From NCBI RefSeq assembly GCF_009914755.1, contig NC_060928.1: a DNA stretch of 64,000 nt. One strand, 5' to 3'. Numbering within the stretch: the stretch's first letter is position 1; every line of letters begins with the position of its first letter. Source of the DNA: the human T2T-CHM13v2.0 reference genome, Homo sapiens. The position numbers and the translations under genes are program-made. Below the pieces are notes generated by a model, which saw only the letters and a list, made by a program, of their open reading frames with translations, was not told the origin of the DNA and ran no database searches. Positions 29,209 through 42,528 of the stretch are shown one piece after another.

Positions 29209-31833
29209 AAGAAAGACATCACTTCTAAGAAACTGTTTGTTTTTTAGTTCACAATTTTATTGACAACTTACATTTATTTTCTTCAAAAGAAAAATAGCAA
29301 AAGCCTACTTTGGTGGCTATTTTTGGAACTTTTCACACAATAAGTACAATAAAATGTTTCTTAGAGTATAATTTTTAGAAAAGTAATGCACATAGGAACA
29401 ACCTTTAATGCACGTAATAGTAGCAATCTTTTTGTCACTAAGAAAGTCCTAGTTACCTGACGTAGTCTGGGCTTTGAGCAACATAGGTCTCATGTCCCAA
29501 ATCTTCCATTGAGGACACTCAATGGAATAAATACATAGTAGAGCATCCGAGACAATACATTTATTATAAAATGATGCATGGTTAACATCTGGAAATTATA
29601 GAAAAGTACAAAAGGAGAGCAAAAAATCTCCCAATCTTAGCAATCAGAGATAGTTATTGTTAAAATTATTGTGTATTTCAATCTAGTATCTTATTTTTCT
29701 AACTTTCCACCTATATACAAATTGAGATAATATCATACATAAAATTTATATATCTACTTTTATATAATAAAAACTCATATTAATAAACTTCAAAATCATG
29801 TTTTAGTGACTGCATCATAAGGAATATTATCCATATGTCTATAAGCAATGAGCATGTTGGTATCATTTGCTTACTTAGTATACTATTTTTAATATTCCTC
29901 TCAAAAAATTAAGAATTATTTTCAAATGTATTTATTAAAAGTATAATTTTTGAAATTATTATTTTGTAATTACTAAAAGTGTCAATGTTTTCATACAGTT
30001 AATGGATATTTACATTTCATTTTAGAATTAACTATGCATTATTTTATGTTGATTTCTTTAACCTACCTTTTAATTTTTTATTACACATTTCTTAGTCTAT
30101 TAAATCCATTAAGCTTTTCTTAATCTAACTTTTAATTTTTGTAAAAGTTGATCATGTCAAGCATCTATTTAAGAGAATCTATTTTATTTTTAAGAAAGAA
30201 AAATTTATGTCAAATCCAAATATATAGCATATCTCAACAAAATGTACAAATACCTTCAATTAGATATAAACAAGTAAAATTGAATGATGTGGCCAACTTA
30301 GTTAACAAAATCATAAATGGTTGATGTGTCAACAGTAGCACTAAAGCATTGCTACCAACAAGAGTTAACATCTAAAAGTTGTATACTACTTTCCGACATG
30401 TGTTATTTAAAATGCGAACAAATCTAGTATCATTTAAAGTAGTAGTATTTAAAGATTACAACTGCATAAGATATTTATGTCCATGCAGAAATGAAGAAAG
30501 TAGAATGTGTACTTGTTCACGTAACATGAATATAATGTGATATAATACACACACATATCACATATGGATTGAAGACTGGGAAACTCTCACCACTCCAGTG
30601 ATAATTAGATCTCAACATTGCTTTTAAAAATTTCACCTCTTGAAAGAATTTTTTATTCGAAATGGTTAAATAGATCATTAAGTCCCGTAAAGGGCTAACG
30701 AAGAAAGTGAATCTTGAGCCACATGATTGAAAGTCAAAATTCTGAGTTTATTCATTTATCAAATCATATCTTTGGTAAGTTATTTTTAAGCCCCTTCACT
30801 TGCAAGGCAGTGCCAGGCTCTTAGAACTGAGGGGTTATGCATTAGAACAGATGGCACTTTCAGTTAGAAATCACCTATTTTTAGTACAGAGTATCTAGTT
30901 CATATCTATAGAAATTATATCTACATAATTGTTTAGCCACACCCTTAGTAATAAGTCTATATTTACACAAAGAATCATACAAAAACTTTTTCTCAATCAT
31001 GCCCCACCCCTTGCCGTTAAAATGAGGAATGAAGGTCTAGATCCATAGATGAAATTCACAGATGGGATTTTGTATCTGTGATTGGCAGTCTAAATGAGAT
31101 TCAGGGTCAGACACGCAGCACCACTGGCAGAGATAAAGCATCAAATGAAAAGTCAGGGGATAATGGCCAGTTGTGCATATCATTCTTTTTCCTCTGCTTT
31201 CAGGCAGATACACACTGTAGCGGCTGCCACTCACTCTAATTACTAGACCTGGAGTGACACAGCAGGATATTGCTCTCTGAATTGCTAAGCATCCTTCAGG
31301 CAAAGACAATAATTACAATATTCTGATTTCAAAATGATAATATTTTGGGCCCGATACTGTGGTATAAGTGGATCAGAATACAAAATTGATTTTTAGAACT
31401 GCGCCATGCTAAATGAAGCATCTTTTTATTGTGCCATTTAGTTACTTCTGCCACTTATATGTCATACAGCCATGTATATGCATATTAACGTATGGTATGT
31501 TTACATGTGCGGTATGTAATTTTAATGTGCTTTGGTGTGCATATGTGTATCAAGAAAGATAACACTTTTAGAACATCCCTGTTACTATTGACTAATTGTT
31601 CTCAAACACTTATTAGATTTAATATCTCTGGGATCGATTAATGTAATATGTACTTTTTGCATAGGTAAGGGTGAGAGACAATTAAATGACATAAATTTAA
31701 TATTTACAACATTTCTACTTTTGCCTAACACAGTGCTAGTATTTTTATTGCTTTATTTTGTTGAATTCTCACAAAAATTGACTAAGTATATATAATTGTC
31801 TCTAAAGCATGATCAAGATGACTAAGTTTCAGA

Positions 31834-33039
31834 CTCCTCCCTTATACCATATACAAAAATCAACTCCAGATGGATTAAAGACTTAAATATAAAACTCAAA
31901 ATTATAAAAACCCTGGAAGACAACCTAGGCAATACCATTCAGGACATAGACACAGGCAAAGATTTCATGATGAAAATGCCAAAAGCAATTTCAAGAAAAG
32001 CAAATATTGACAAATGGGATCTAATTAAACCAAAGAACTTCTGCACAGCAAAAGAAACTACCAACAGAGTGAACAGACAGCCTACAGAATGGGAGAAAAT
32101 TTTTGCATGCATCTGACAAAGTTCTAATATCTAGCATCTATGAGGAACTTAAACAAATTCACAAGAAAAAAACAGCCCCATTAAAAAGTGGTCAAAGGAA
32201 ATGAACACACACTTTTCAAAAGAAGACATACATGTGGCAAACAATCATATGAAAAAAAGCTCAACATCATTGATCGTTAGAGAAATGCAAATCAAAACCA
32301 CAATAAGATACCATCTCACACCAGTCAGAATGGCTATTATTAAAAAGTCAAAAAATAATAATAACAAATGCTGGCAAGGTTGTGGAGAAACAGGAACACT
32401 TATACACTGTTGGTGGGCATATAAATTAGTTCAACAATGTGGAAGACAGAGTGTTGATTCCTCAAAGACCTAAAGACAGAAATACCATCTGACCAAGCAA
32501 TCCCATTATTGGGTATATACCCAAAGGAATATAAGTCATTCTATTATAAAGATACATGCACACATATGTGCATTTCAACATTATTCACAATAGTGAAGAC
32601 ATGGAATCAAACCAAATGCCCATCAAATGACAGACTGGATAAAGAAAATGTGTTACACGTACACCACGGAACACTATGTAGCCATTTAAAAAAAGAACAA
32701 GATCATGTTCTTTGCAGGGACATGAATGGAGCTGGAGGCCATTATCCTTAGCAAACTACCACAGGAACAGAAAACCAAATACTGCATGATCTCACTTATA
32801 AGTGGGAGCTAAATAGTGAGAACACATAGGCACATAGAGGGGAACAACATGCACTGACTGGGGCCTATCAAAGGGTGGAAGGTGGAAGGAGGGAGAAAAT
32901 CAGGAAAAATAATGAGTACTAGGCTTAGTACCTGGGTGATGAAATAATCTGTACAACAAATCCCCATGACACAAGTTTATCTGTATAACAAACCTGAACA
33001 TGTATCCCTGAACTTAAAATAAAAGTTTTTTTAAAAAAA
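31834..33039 (+). mobile_element. Older L1PA (about PA13-16) 3' 1.2 kb, inserted within a MIR
   Basis: ORF2 C-terminal and 3'UTR sequence; diverged TSD AAGATGACTAAGTTTCAGA/AAGATCACTGAGTTTCCAGA; MIR core (GTTAAATAACT...CAGCTAGT) resumes after it. Confidence 0.88.
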
Positions 33040-33171
33040 AAGATCACTGAGTTTCCAGAAGTTAAATAACTCCCTGGAAGTCAAACAGCTAGTATAAGAT
33101 AAAACTGTGATTCTAGCTGGGTTTTCTTTGACTTCGAAATCTATGCTTTTTCAGATACGAGTTGTTTAAAG

Positions 33172-33477
33172 CAGGGGACCCCAACCCCTGGGCCCCACAG
33201 TAGGAGGTGAGCCAGGGGCAAGTGAGCATTACTGCCTGAGCTCCTCCTCCTGTCAGATCAGTGGCAGCATTAGATTCTCACAGGAGCAAACCCTGTTGTG
33301 AACTGCACCTGAGAGGGATCTAGGCTGCCCGCTCCTTATGATAGTTGAACTAACGCCTGATGATCTAAGGTGGAACAGTTCCATTCCGAAACCATCCCCC
33401 CCCACCACCCCATTTGTGGAAACAATGTCTTCCACAAAACTGGGTCCCTGGTACCAAAAAGGTTGGGGATCACTGAT
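33172..33477. mobile_element. MER1-type hAT-Charlie transposon
   Basis: CAGGGG.CCCCAACC / GGTTGGGGATCACTG terminal inverted repeats; GTCAGATCAGTGGCAGCATTAGATTCTCA core. Confidence 0.85.
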
Positions 33478-35133
33478 GATCAACCTAGAGTGGAACTAGA
33501 CATGTAAAAGAATCACTGTTTCCCTAGTAGTGAGATGTTTGCTGTAATATAAGGAGGCTAGTTTTATTTATTCAAAAGATTTGTCAACATATGGAAACCT
33601 ATTTGATATAGTTTTTTTGAGCCCTTCCTCTGTTCCCATTTAGTTGTATTAAAATGTAATGCACCAATACTAGTTGTTCAACTGGTTGGCTTATAGTTAT
33701 TGCGCTTCTCTGACTTATCACCTGTTCCAAAAATTTATATCAATGCTAGAATAGTTGTCCTTCTCAACCTAGAGCATTCATATAGAATTCAGAGGTCACT
33801 AAACTTTAATGCCTGTAACTTTCAGAACTATGTGTGGACCAGATTGAGTGTGAAATAATAGTGGGTGTGGTGCCTGTTGTAAACTGGAGCCTGTAAACTC
33901 CTTATAAAAGTATTTAGATCCACTTACAAACAAACAAACAACATCTTAACCAAACACAACACTCAGATATGAATTAATTCAACCCAAGGGATCAAGTATA
34001 CAACACTGCATGAAAATTAAATGTTGATAGATATTTGAGTACCTTAGAAGTTAGTATAATATTAACATATTATCAGGATCCAGTTAAATACTATTCTATT
34101 TCTTTAATTATTCCTTCTGTGAGCAACACTATTTTCAAAGACAGTGAAGGGGTGCAGGCTCTGATACTTGTCTTCAGAAATACTCCTTTAAACATAAAAG
34201 GTATAACGAAACCATGCCTCAAGACCTGTTTCAAGGTCAAATATGGTTATCCCTGTTTTGTAAGTGGGAAAATTAACTCACTGGGGAAACTTAAATGCGC
34301 TATAAAAGACTTCTAAGAAATTAAATTACATGCTTTGGAAGTCTAGCACTTCAAAGTTGATATTAGAGATTATAAAGGTTTTAAAGTTCATGAATTGTTC
34401 TTTGGGGAAAAATACTAGAGAAACCATCAAGATTTTGCACAGAGGCACTGCGGGGGTTTCCTCAAGCTCACCCTTAGGTGCGAGAGCCATTGGGGGTGTT
34501 GATCTGGCCTTCGTGGCTGTCCAGGCATGTCTTCTTCTTTCCTACCTCCTCTTTGTTTGCCCTCCTGAAGTTGTGATCTCGGGGGATGAGGTTCCTCTTC
34601 CAGAACAGAGGCATAGAGAAGAACCTCTGGGTCAAAGGCATTGCATGTGGCTCTTTACTCTTTCCTGTAACTCCCATATCCAATCACGATGTCCTGGTGA
34701 CCTCTGTGTGTGTGCACTATGCAGTTCTCAGACTGTTCCACGCTTGCTTCAAATGAAAGGCCAAACTCTGTGGACCACTTTTCCACCTTCTCTGTCTTTC
34801 ATTTTGTTTTTGCTGTTTCTCCCTATTCAGCAGCTTCGCGTGAATAGATTGGATTACGAATTGATGCAGGCCTGTGGGTTGTTGCTAGGACAAAAAACCC
34901 AGGCTTTGTTTAGAAAATGACATTTGTTCTCCAGCTTTCTCCTGAAAGCATAACAGTCTCTCCTTTTTAAAATTTTTCTTTCCACTCAGAAACCATGGTA
35001 AATATTTCATCATTGGGTAGAACTTAGTGCGGGCTGTATTAGGCACAGTCTCTGTTTCAGGGGTTCTTCTGGAGGCTGATCATGAGGAATCTCTGGATGC
35101 AACTTCAGCTGCATTGTTACTGTGTTTTCACAG

Positions 35134-35256
35134 GAGGCGATCGAGATCGGATGACAGCAAATCATGAAAGCTACCTCCTCATGGCAAGCACCCAGAATGA
35201 TATGGAAGACTGGGTGAAGTCAATCCGCCGAGTCATATGGGGACCTTTCGGAGGAG
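35134..35256 (+). CDS. ARHGAP24: ARHGAP24 internal exon, C-terminal part of the PH domain (123 bp, phase 1-1)
   Basis: TTTTCACAG acceptor, GTGAGT donor; encodes (G)[40 protein letters not shown] including the PH terminal-helix Trp. Confidence 0.95.
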
Positions 35257-36584
35257 GTGAGTGTACTTTAAAATCATGGAAAAACAGAAAGGTAGACCAA
35301 ACCTGTTCATCCCTTTCCCCCAGCGAATGTTACTATTAGCTCCTGTATTCAAGTGGGTGAATGTTAAAATAAATTGTAAATTGTTCAACATTATTGTTAG
35401 ACGTATGTCTTCGTAAATCCTACAAGTTTAATTTAGATCATGTATAATTATAACGAACCTTCTTCTGTGAATATGTTGAATGATAAAAATGGGTGGGTTT
35501 TTTTTTTAGTTTTGGATTTTCCCATATTACCGACAATACACTGTTATGGGACTCATACTGTAAAAGTAGATTAGTTAAGAACATCTAGATATGAAGTAAG
35601 AAATTTATGACTAGTGGTTCTGGAAGATATCCCAGCCCCCAAATGCTCAATTGTATCAAAGAGGAATGCCAAAACTTTTGATAATAATCTGATGATTATT
35701 GGAGTAAAAACATCCTTCAGATCAGTTAAGTGTTGGTAAATTTGAAAGTAAGTTTTTAAAAGGTTTTAGTTAACACAGTGTTGAGAATGCACCATGTCAA
35801 GAACGAGCTAAAAAGGTGCTATGCATAGAACTGAACAAAGGAAGAAAAGATAAAAGATGTGATCTAGGTATGCCAAGAAACAGAAAATAGAATCATATAA
35901 ACAGAAAAAGTATTCAACGAAAATGAGCAAATGGACCAAAAAAATAAAAGCACAAAATTATTTATCTACAACCACAATATATTTCCAAGAACATAATGCC
36001 TAATTTTTATATGGTGATATAGTTTAAAATAAATTGTGTTAGGTCAAATTCACACTTTATAAACAATTACAATCCTTATATTTATTTTCCATTCTTTTGT
36101 ATATTGTCAACACCCTGAATTGAGATAGTGATTTTTTTTTTTTTCTCTGAACAGATCGGACACTTCTTAGGCTGACTGACCATTTTATATTTTAGAATAA
36201 CTTCAAAAGCTTAGTTTTAAAAGTTGGTAAGTTGAAGTTAAAATAGTAAAGATTCATTGAAAACATGATATTTTACTAGATTAATGGCACATGTTTGTAA
36301 TATATCTATGTTTTAATAATATCTTCTGTTAAGGAAAGGGAAGGTTCCTAACCAGGATGACCATTCATTCCAGTTTCCTTAGTAAGAGAGGTTTACAACT
36401 TTTGTCCCAGGCTAATTACTGTTTGTGCTACCTTTCATTCCCACGGTGTTCTAGTTTGGATGACAACACATACGGTTACCTTATTCATAACCCAGAATGG
36501 CTAGCAAGTGACTATGTAAAATATTTGAAAACACCAGCTGAATCCCCACTCCAGTACCTTAGCAGAGGATTCCTCATAGTTATG

Positions 36585-37270
36585 CAGTAAGGAGTCCCCC
36601 TTTATCCATGGTTTCAGTTGCCACTGGTCAACTGCAGTCTGAAAATATTAAATGGAAAATTCTAAATATAAACGATTCACAAGATTTAAGTTGCACGTTG
36701 TTTTTTGTAGCATAATGAAATCTCATGCTGTCATTCCCAGGATGTGAATCGTCCAATTGTCCAGTACATTTACGCTGCACACACTACCCGCTGCCCATTA
36801 GTAGCCATCTTGGTGATCAGATAGACTGTCAAAGTATCACAGTGCTTGTGCTCAAGAAAGCCTTGTTTTACTTAATAATTGCCCCAAAGGGCAAGAGTAG
36901 TGATGCTGGCAATTTGGATATGCCAAAGAGAAGTCATAAAATGTTTCACTTACGTGAAAAGGTAAAAAATTCCTGATTTAAGAAAAAAAAAGTTGTATGC
37001 TAAGGTTACCAAGAGCTACAGTACAATGAAATATCTTGAAAGAGAGACCATGTTCACATAACTTTTATTACAGTATATATATTGCTATAATTGTTCTATT
37101 TTATTAGAATATTGTTATTGTTGTTAATCTTTTACTGTGCCTAATTCATAAATTTACTTTATCATAGTTATGTATGTATACGAAAAATATAGTATATAAA
37201 GGGTTCAGTAATATCTGAGATTTCCGGTGTCCAGTGGGGACTTTTATCCCCTATGGATGAGTGGCTACTG
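36585..37270. mobile_element. MER44-family TcMar-Tigger element
   Basis: CAGTA...GTCCCCCTTTATCC start, ...CTACTG|TA end, ~690 bp. Confidence 0.8.
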
Positions 37271-38561
37271 TACATGAGAGACACATACTCATCTGGTAAT
37301 GTTTGCTAGCACCTCCAGGGTAAAGGGTTTGTGGGGAGCCTGAGGATGAATCTTTTCAAAGCTCCCATTGTCTCTAAAGACACTCTTCTCCCCTTTATAA
37401 TCAGATTTCTGGAATTCCTGAGTTCAGAAGAATCTTTAATATCTACTGAAGAATATATTTTTGTTGAGGGATTATTTATATCAAGTGTTAGTTATTTTCT
37501 CCCCTTTCTCCTCTTCCATCTGTGACTTCCTGAAAAAAAAAAAGAATGCCATCCAGTTAATTTATCCAAATAAATGGCCACGGGCAGTCACATCAACCCA
37601 GAAATCTCAGAAATAATTCCAGTGGGACTGGGTGAGCTGTATATGTGAATCTTCAAATTCATGAACCTGGAAGGGACACTCAAATAGTTGATTGGTCTAT
37701 AAACTTTATTATATGAGACCTACTTCAGGGATTTTACAAATGCTTGATTTGAATTTACATTTAAAGAGATGTATTTTAGCATATAGCACTCATAATAGAA
37801 ACAATGCTTCAAAGAATAAATCTTCTCCTGCCCTCTTTGTTTAATAAGTATTATGAGACTGCAAGGCAAGCTTTTAAAGTATTCATTTAATTTGTAAGAA
37901 ATCCTTTGTGATTTCTCTGAATATCAGAGTTTGCTAAAGTTAATAGAGCACACAAAACAAAATAGAATGTTAATACTGATAAGAGATCCCAACTGTCAGC
38001 CATAATCTTGGGTTTCAGATGATATATTAATCTAAGATTTCAAATGTTCCTATTAATATTAATAAATTCTGTTATTGATTGAATTTTAAATAAATCTTAT
38101 AAATTTTAGTTTTAAACAATAAAGTTATATGACCCAAAAACCCTTTTACTTATGTTACACTGTGTATTACGTTTCCACTTAACATTTCATTGAAATTAAC
38201 TTTTCTGCCGATTTGCAATATTTTAAAACCACTGTTTTAGTTCAACCTCACATTTTGTGGATTAAGTCTTTAAGACCCAAGGAGGATGAAAAACTTGCCA
38301 AGTGTCACACTGTGAGAAGCAGAAGTAAGAAGAAAACCCATGTGTTCCTCCTGCTTTATAGCAAAATAGTGTGATCTATTACTTCTACTGTGGTAGTAAA
38401 GAACCCACAATTATAAGTCCATGCCTTATTGATCGTATATTCTTCAGTATATGAAAAATAATAAAAGTTTTTAAACATACAATAATTAGAATTAATATAG
38501 TTTTATGAGTCATTCAAAAGTACTAGAATTGATACCATCGAGCAATTAGAAAAAAAAATCT

Positions 38562-39005
38562 GAAACAACCCAAATGTCCATCAACAGATGAATGAATAAA
38601 CAGAATGTGAAGTATCCATAGAATGGATTATTATTAAGCCATAAAAAGGAATGAAGTACTGATACATATAACACCACGAATGAAGCTTGAAAACATTATG
38701 CTAAGTGAAAGAAGCCAACCACAAAAGAGCACATTTTATGATTCCATTCATATGAAAGTATAGAACAGGGAAATGTACAGAGACAGAAAATAGATTCGTG
38801 GTTGCTTAGAGCTGGGATGGGGGGATGAGGGGGTGATGGAGAGATAGCCAAAAGATACAGGGTTTATTTTTAAAATGAAAATGTTCTAGAATTAACTGTG
38901 GTAATGGTTGCAAGTATCTGTGAATATACTAAAAACCATTGAATTGTACATTTTAAACTGGGGGATTCTATGGTATGGGAATTATATCTCAATAAAGCTG
39001 TTTAA
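38562..39005 (+). mobile_element. L1MB-type 3' end
   Basis: AAACAACCCAAATGTCCATCAACAGATGAATG...TATATCTCAATAAAGCTG; AAAAA(A/T)TCTGAA flanks. Confidence 0.82.
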
Positions 39006-39662
39006 AAAATTCTGAATTGTCATAATCACCCTTCATAAGAGAATGCACTTTCCCTTCCTATCTTAGTTATGAAACCCAGGCCCTGTTAATACTAAATGAA
39101 AAGCACTTGATTAGATGGTATCTGTAAGGAAATTTAGAAGAGGAGGTGACATATCACTCTGATTTATCAATCACAGTATACCACCTTTGGATATGTTTTA
39201 AATGTATCTGTTACAAAGAGGGCATTTCATTGTGGCAATTTTTTAACCTGTGTTTTTAAAAAGCTAAAGTTTTTCATGAGGCACTGAAGCTTATCTTTAT
39301 TCAGGTTGCACATATATGCAAAATATTCCCTCTTTGCCATTACAATAATAGACATTAGATTAAAATATAGGAGACACCTGAGGAGCTTGTCTAGTTCTTC
39401 AGTCTCCTAGAAATTAAAAACTGTTAGGTGGAAATGTAAATAAAATGTAGGGTTTTGGAATGATAGGCCTTTCCTTCAAATGAAAATGAATTTATAAAAT
39501 ACTCATATGGGGCAGGGAACCAAGGGAAACGTGAAAAGTGTTGAATCTACATAGCTCAACTTTGTGCTACCTGCTGAAAACCCATGCACAGTTGCTCCTC
39601 TAGTAATAATGCTAATTGAGAGGCACATGGTTTCTGCATAAAAGTCAAATTCAAAAATCTGA

Positions 39663-40278
<616 letters not shown>

Positions 40279-41499
40279 TAATGTTAGCTACTGCCAAAAT
40301 CAGGTCTTTCCTGTATATTTCTGCCTCCTAATGAAAAGAGTTGATTCAGAGACCCAGCAAGGCAGTAAGAATACTATTTGTGAATAATCCTTACAATGAG
40401 TAATTGGTATGCAGGCAGACAGAGGTTAATTAAGAGGCAACGTGGTCAGGCAACGTGCACAGACCAAGTGCACAATCTTGGATATGTAGTTTTACTTCCC
40501 TTGCCTTTGGTTTTACTCACTTGTGAAATAAGAAAATTAGAAGAAAAAAATGCTTTCACTTCCTGTGAAAATCCTGTGATTACAGGAGTTCCCTGTAGAT
40601 CAGTGTTCAGGTCAGTGGATTTTTCTATTGGCTGAAGTGCTTGAAGGGCAGCACTGTCTCTGTCTTCGTGGTGCTGAGTTACACTTTGTGGTTCTTTATT
40701 TTCTTAGCAGCGTGCTGTGACACAGAAGGTAAAATACCATTTGAACCACAGGGCAGAACTAAATAATAATAATCCTTTCAATGACAAAAGATTACCTACA
40801 TGGGCATGCTAGTCAGAGTAATGATGTTTTTAATGGAAAGACCTTTTTAATACTCCTCATGGTCTTGTAAAGCTTCTGCCAAATGGCTGGGAAGGAACAC
40901 AGAGGCCTTGGGGGTCAGTTGGGGTTAAGGCACTAGCATTCCAAATCAGTTCATGGAACAACCAGGTGGATGAATGATTAACCCAGCAAGTAAATTGTTC
41001 AGTGAGTAGGACTGAGAGACTTAGTGGACATGGGGGCTGGGGTGCAGAAAGTACGGGCAAGAGCATGGAAGAATGTTGAAAACAGAATTGGTTTGCAAAC
41101 CATGCCTAGAGAAACATATATGTGTGTGTAAATACACATACAAATATGTGTTGATGTGTTTGCAGCTTTACCCACAGACTCTTTGCCACTGGATTTTAAA
41201 CATTTTTCTGTTTTACAGACACACACATACACGTGTATAAATATGTTTTCAGGGTATGCATGTTAAATCAGTGCTCACAAATGAATTCAATTACAAATCA
41301 TTTGAAAGAAAGTAAAACTTGTATGGGAGGGGAATAAATGCAGGTATGAAGGGGCAAAAAGTTTACCCCCTGGGGGTTGGTTTGGTGCCCTGTGATTTCT
41401 GGAGGGGCTGAGCCAGCCAGCTGTAAAAGTGCTACACAAGACAAGAGCTGGGAAGTCAACACAAAGTCAAAAGAAAAAGAAAGGAGTTTGTACCGTAGC

Positions 41500-41860
41500 G
41501 TGGCATTCTCCCTCCTCCCCTCATCCTGTTGTGACTGCACCTGCTGAATGTGACCGGCGGGCACTGGAAGCAGCCGCAGCCACAGCCTTGGTGAGGAGCA
41601 ACCGCAGCCCTGCCAGCTCCCTCCCAGTTCTCATTGAGAAAAGGGGAGACGGAGCAGGAGGAGGGGGAGGAGATGCTCCCTGCAAAGCTGCCTCCCCCCA
41701 CAGATCCAAAGAGCCTCTTGGAATGGGCACTCGACTGTTCTGACGTTGTGATTCTCTCGGGAGTTTGAAGACAGAAAGGAAAGGGGAGAAACCTGCAGAG
41801 AGCATCAAAGGATGGGGGGTGCTATAAAAGAAGCAGGGGGGTCCTTTGAAAGAAATCTAT
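41500..41860 (+). promoter_or_regulatory. Internal promoter of the short ARHGAP24 isoform, with TATA box TATAAAAG at 41823-41830
   Basis: Non-repeat, GC/CpG-elevated region with a consensus TATA upstream of the alternative first coding exon; exact TSS not determinable. Confidence 0.65.
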
Positions 41861-42416
41861 CATGCACTGAAATGCTTTCTGGAGAAGGTGCCATTATTTT
41901 CCTCCCCTCTTGCTCAGATGAAAGGAGCCAGCAAGGACAGTCCTGAAATATTCCTCAGGGGACTTTTTGTCATTGTTCCTCTTTCCTCTTGCACAGAGCT
42001 ATTTGCTGACCTTTCCAGAGGAATCTCAGTCCAGCTGAGAAGACAGTTCTTAATAAAAACAAAAAAATGCAAAAACCAATTCCTGCTGTTTGAATGGGAA
42101 TGGTAGCTTGCTTGCTGCAGTTCTTTTCCTGTGACATTTTGGAATGTCTGCAGAAACTTAAAAAAAAGAAAAAAAAAACCTTAAAAACTCCCTGGATTAG
42201 GCAAGAGAAAAGGAAGTTTTTTTTTGCTAAACAGGAGTAAATGAGAGGTGGTAACTTATCCCTAAGCCAGGACCTGGATGATCAAAACCTTCAAATTCTA
42301 GGGATCAGCACTTCAAAAATAACAAGTAAACAAGCATGAGGAGTGGCTGTTGGGTTTCGCTCAGAGGCAGGTTTTAAAGGAAGCCAAAACCGGGTTCAGA
42401 ACTTCAGGCCTGTACG

Positions 42417-42528
42417 ATGCCTGAAGACCGGAATTCTGGGGGGTGCCCGGCTGGTGCCTTAGCCTCAACTCCTTTCATCCCTAAAACTACATACAGAAGA
42501 ATCAAACGGTGTTTTAGTTTTCGGAAAG
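42417..42528 (+). CDS. ARHGAP24: ARHGAP24 alternative first coding exon (PH-less p73RhoGAP-type isoform): MPEDRNSGGCPAGALASTPFIPKTTYRRIKRCFSFRK(G)
   Basis: ATG with A at -3; 112 nt open to AG|GTAGGT donor in phase 1, matching the phase of the 53551 acceptor; matches the recalled N-terminus of the short isoform. Confidence 0.9.

Noticed and set aside
34330-34920. 196-aa ORF just upstream of the PH exon
   Set aside because: No recognisable motif, no convincing splice connection, intronic composition; treated as a chance ORF
35082-35133. In-frame ATG extension (MRNLWMQ...) of the PH exon
   Set aside because: This is the branch/polypyrimidine region before the CAG acceptor; no evidence of a promoter
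35131-35136. NAGNAG (CAG GAG) alternative acceptor
   Set aside because: GAG acceptors are rarely used and nothing in the sequence supports it
38639-38648. CArG box CCATAAAAGG
   Set aside because: Part of the standard L1MB sequence, with no independent regulatory evidence
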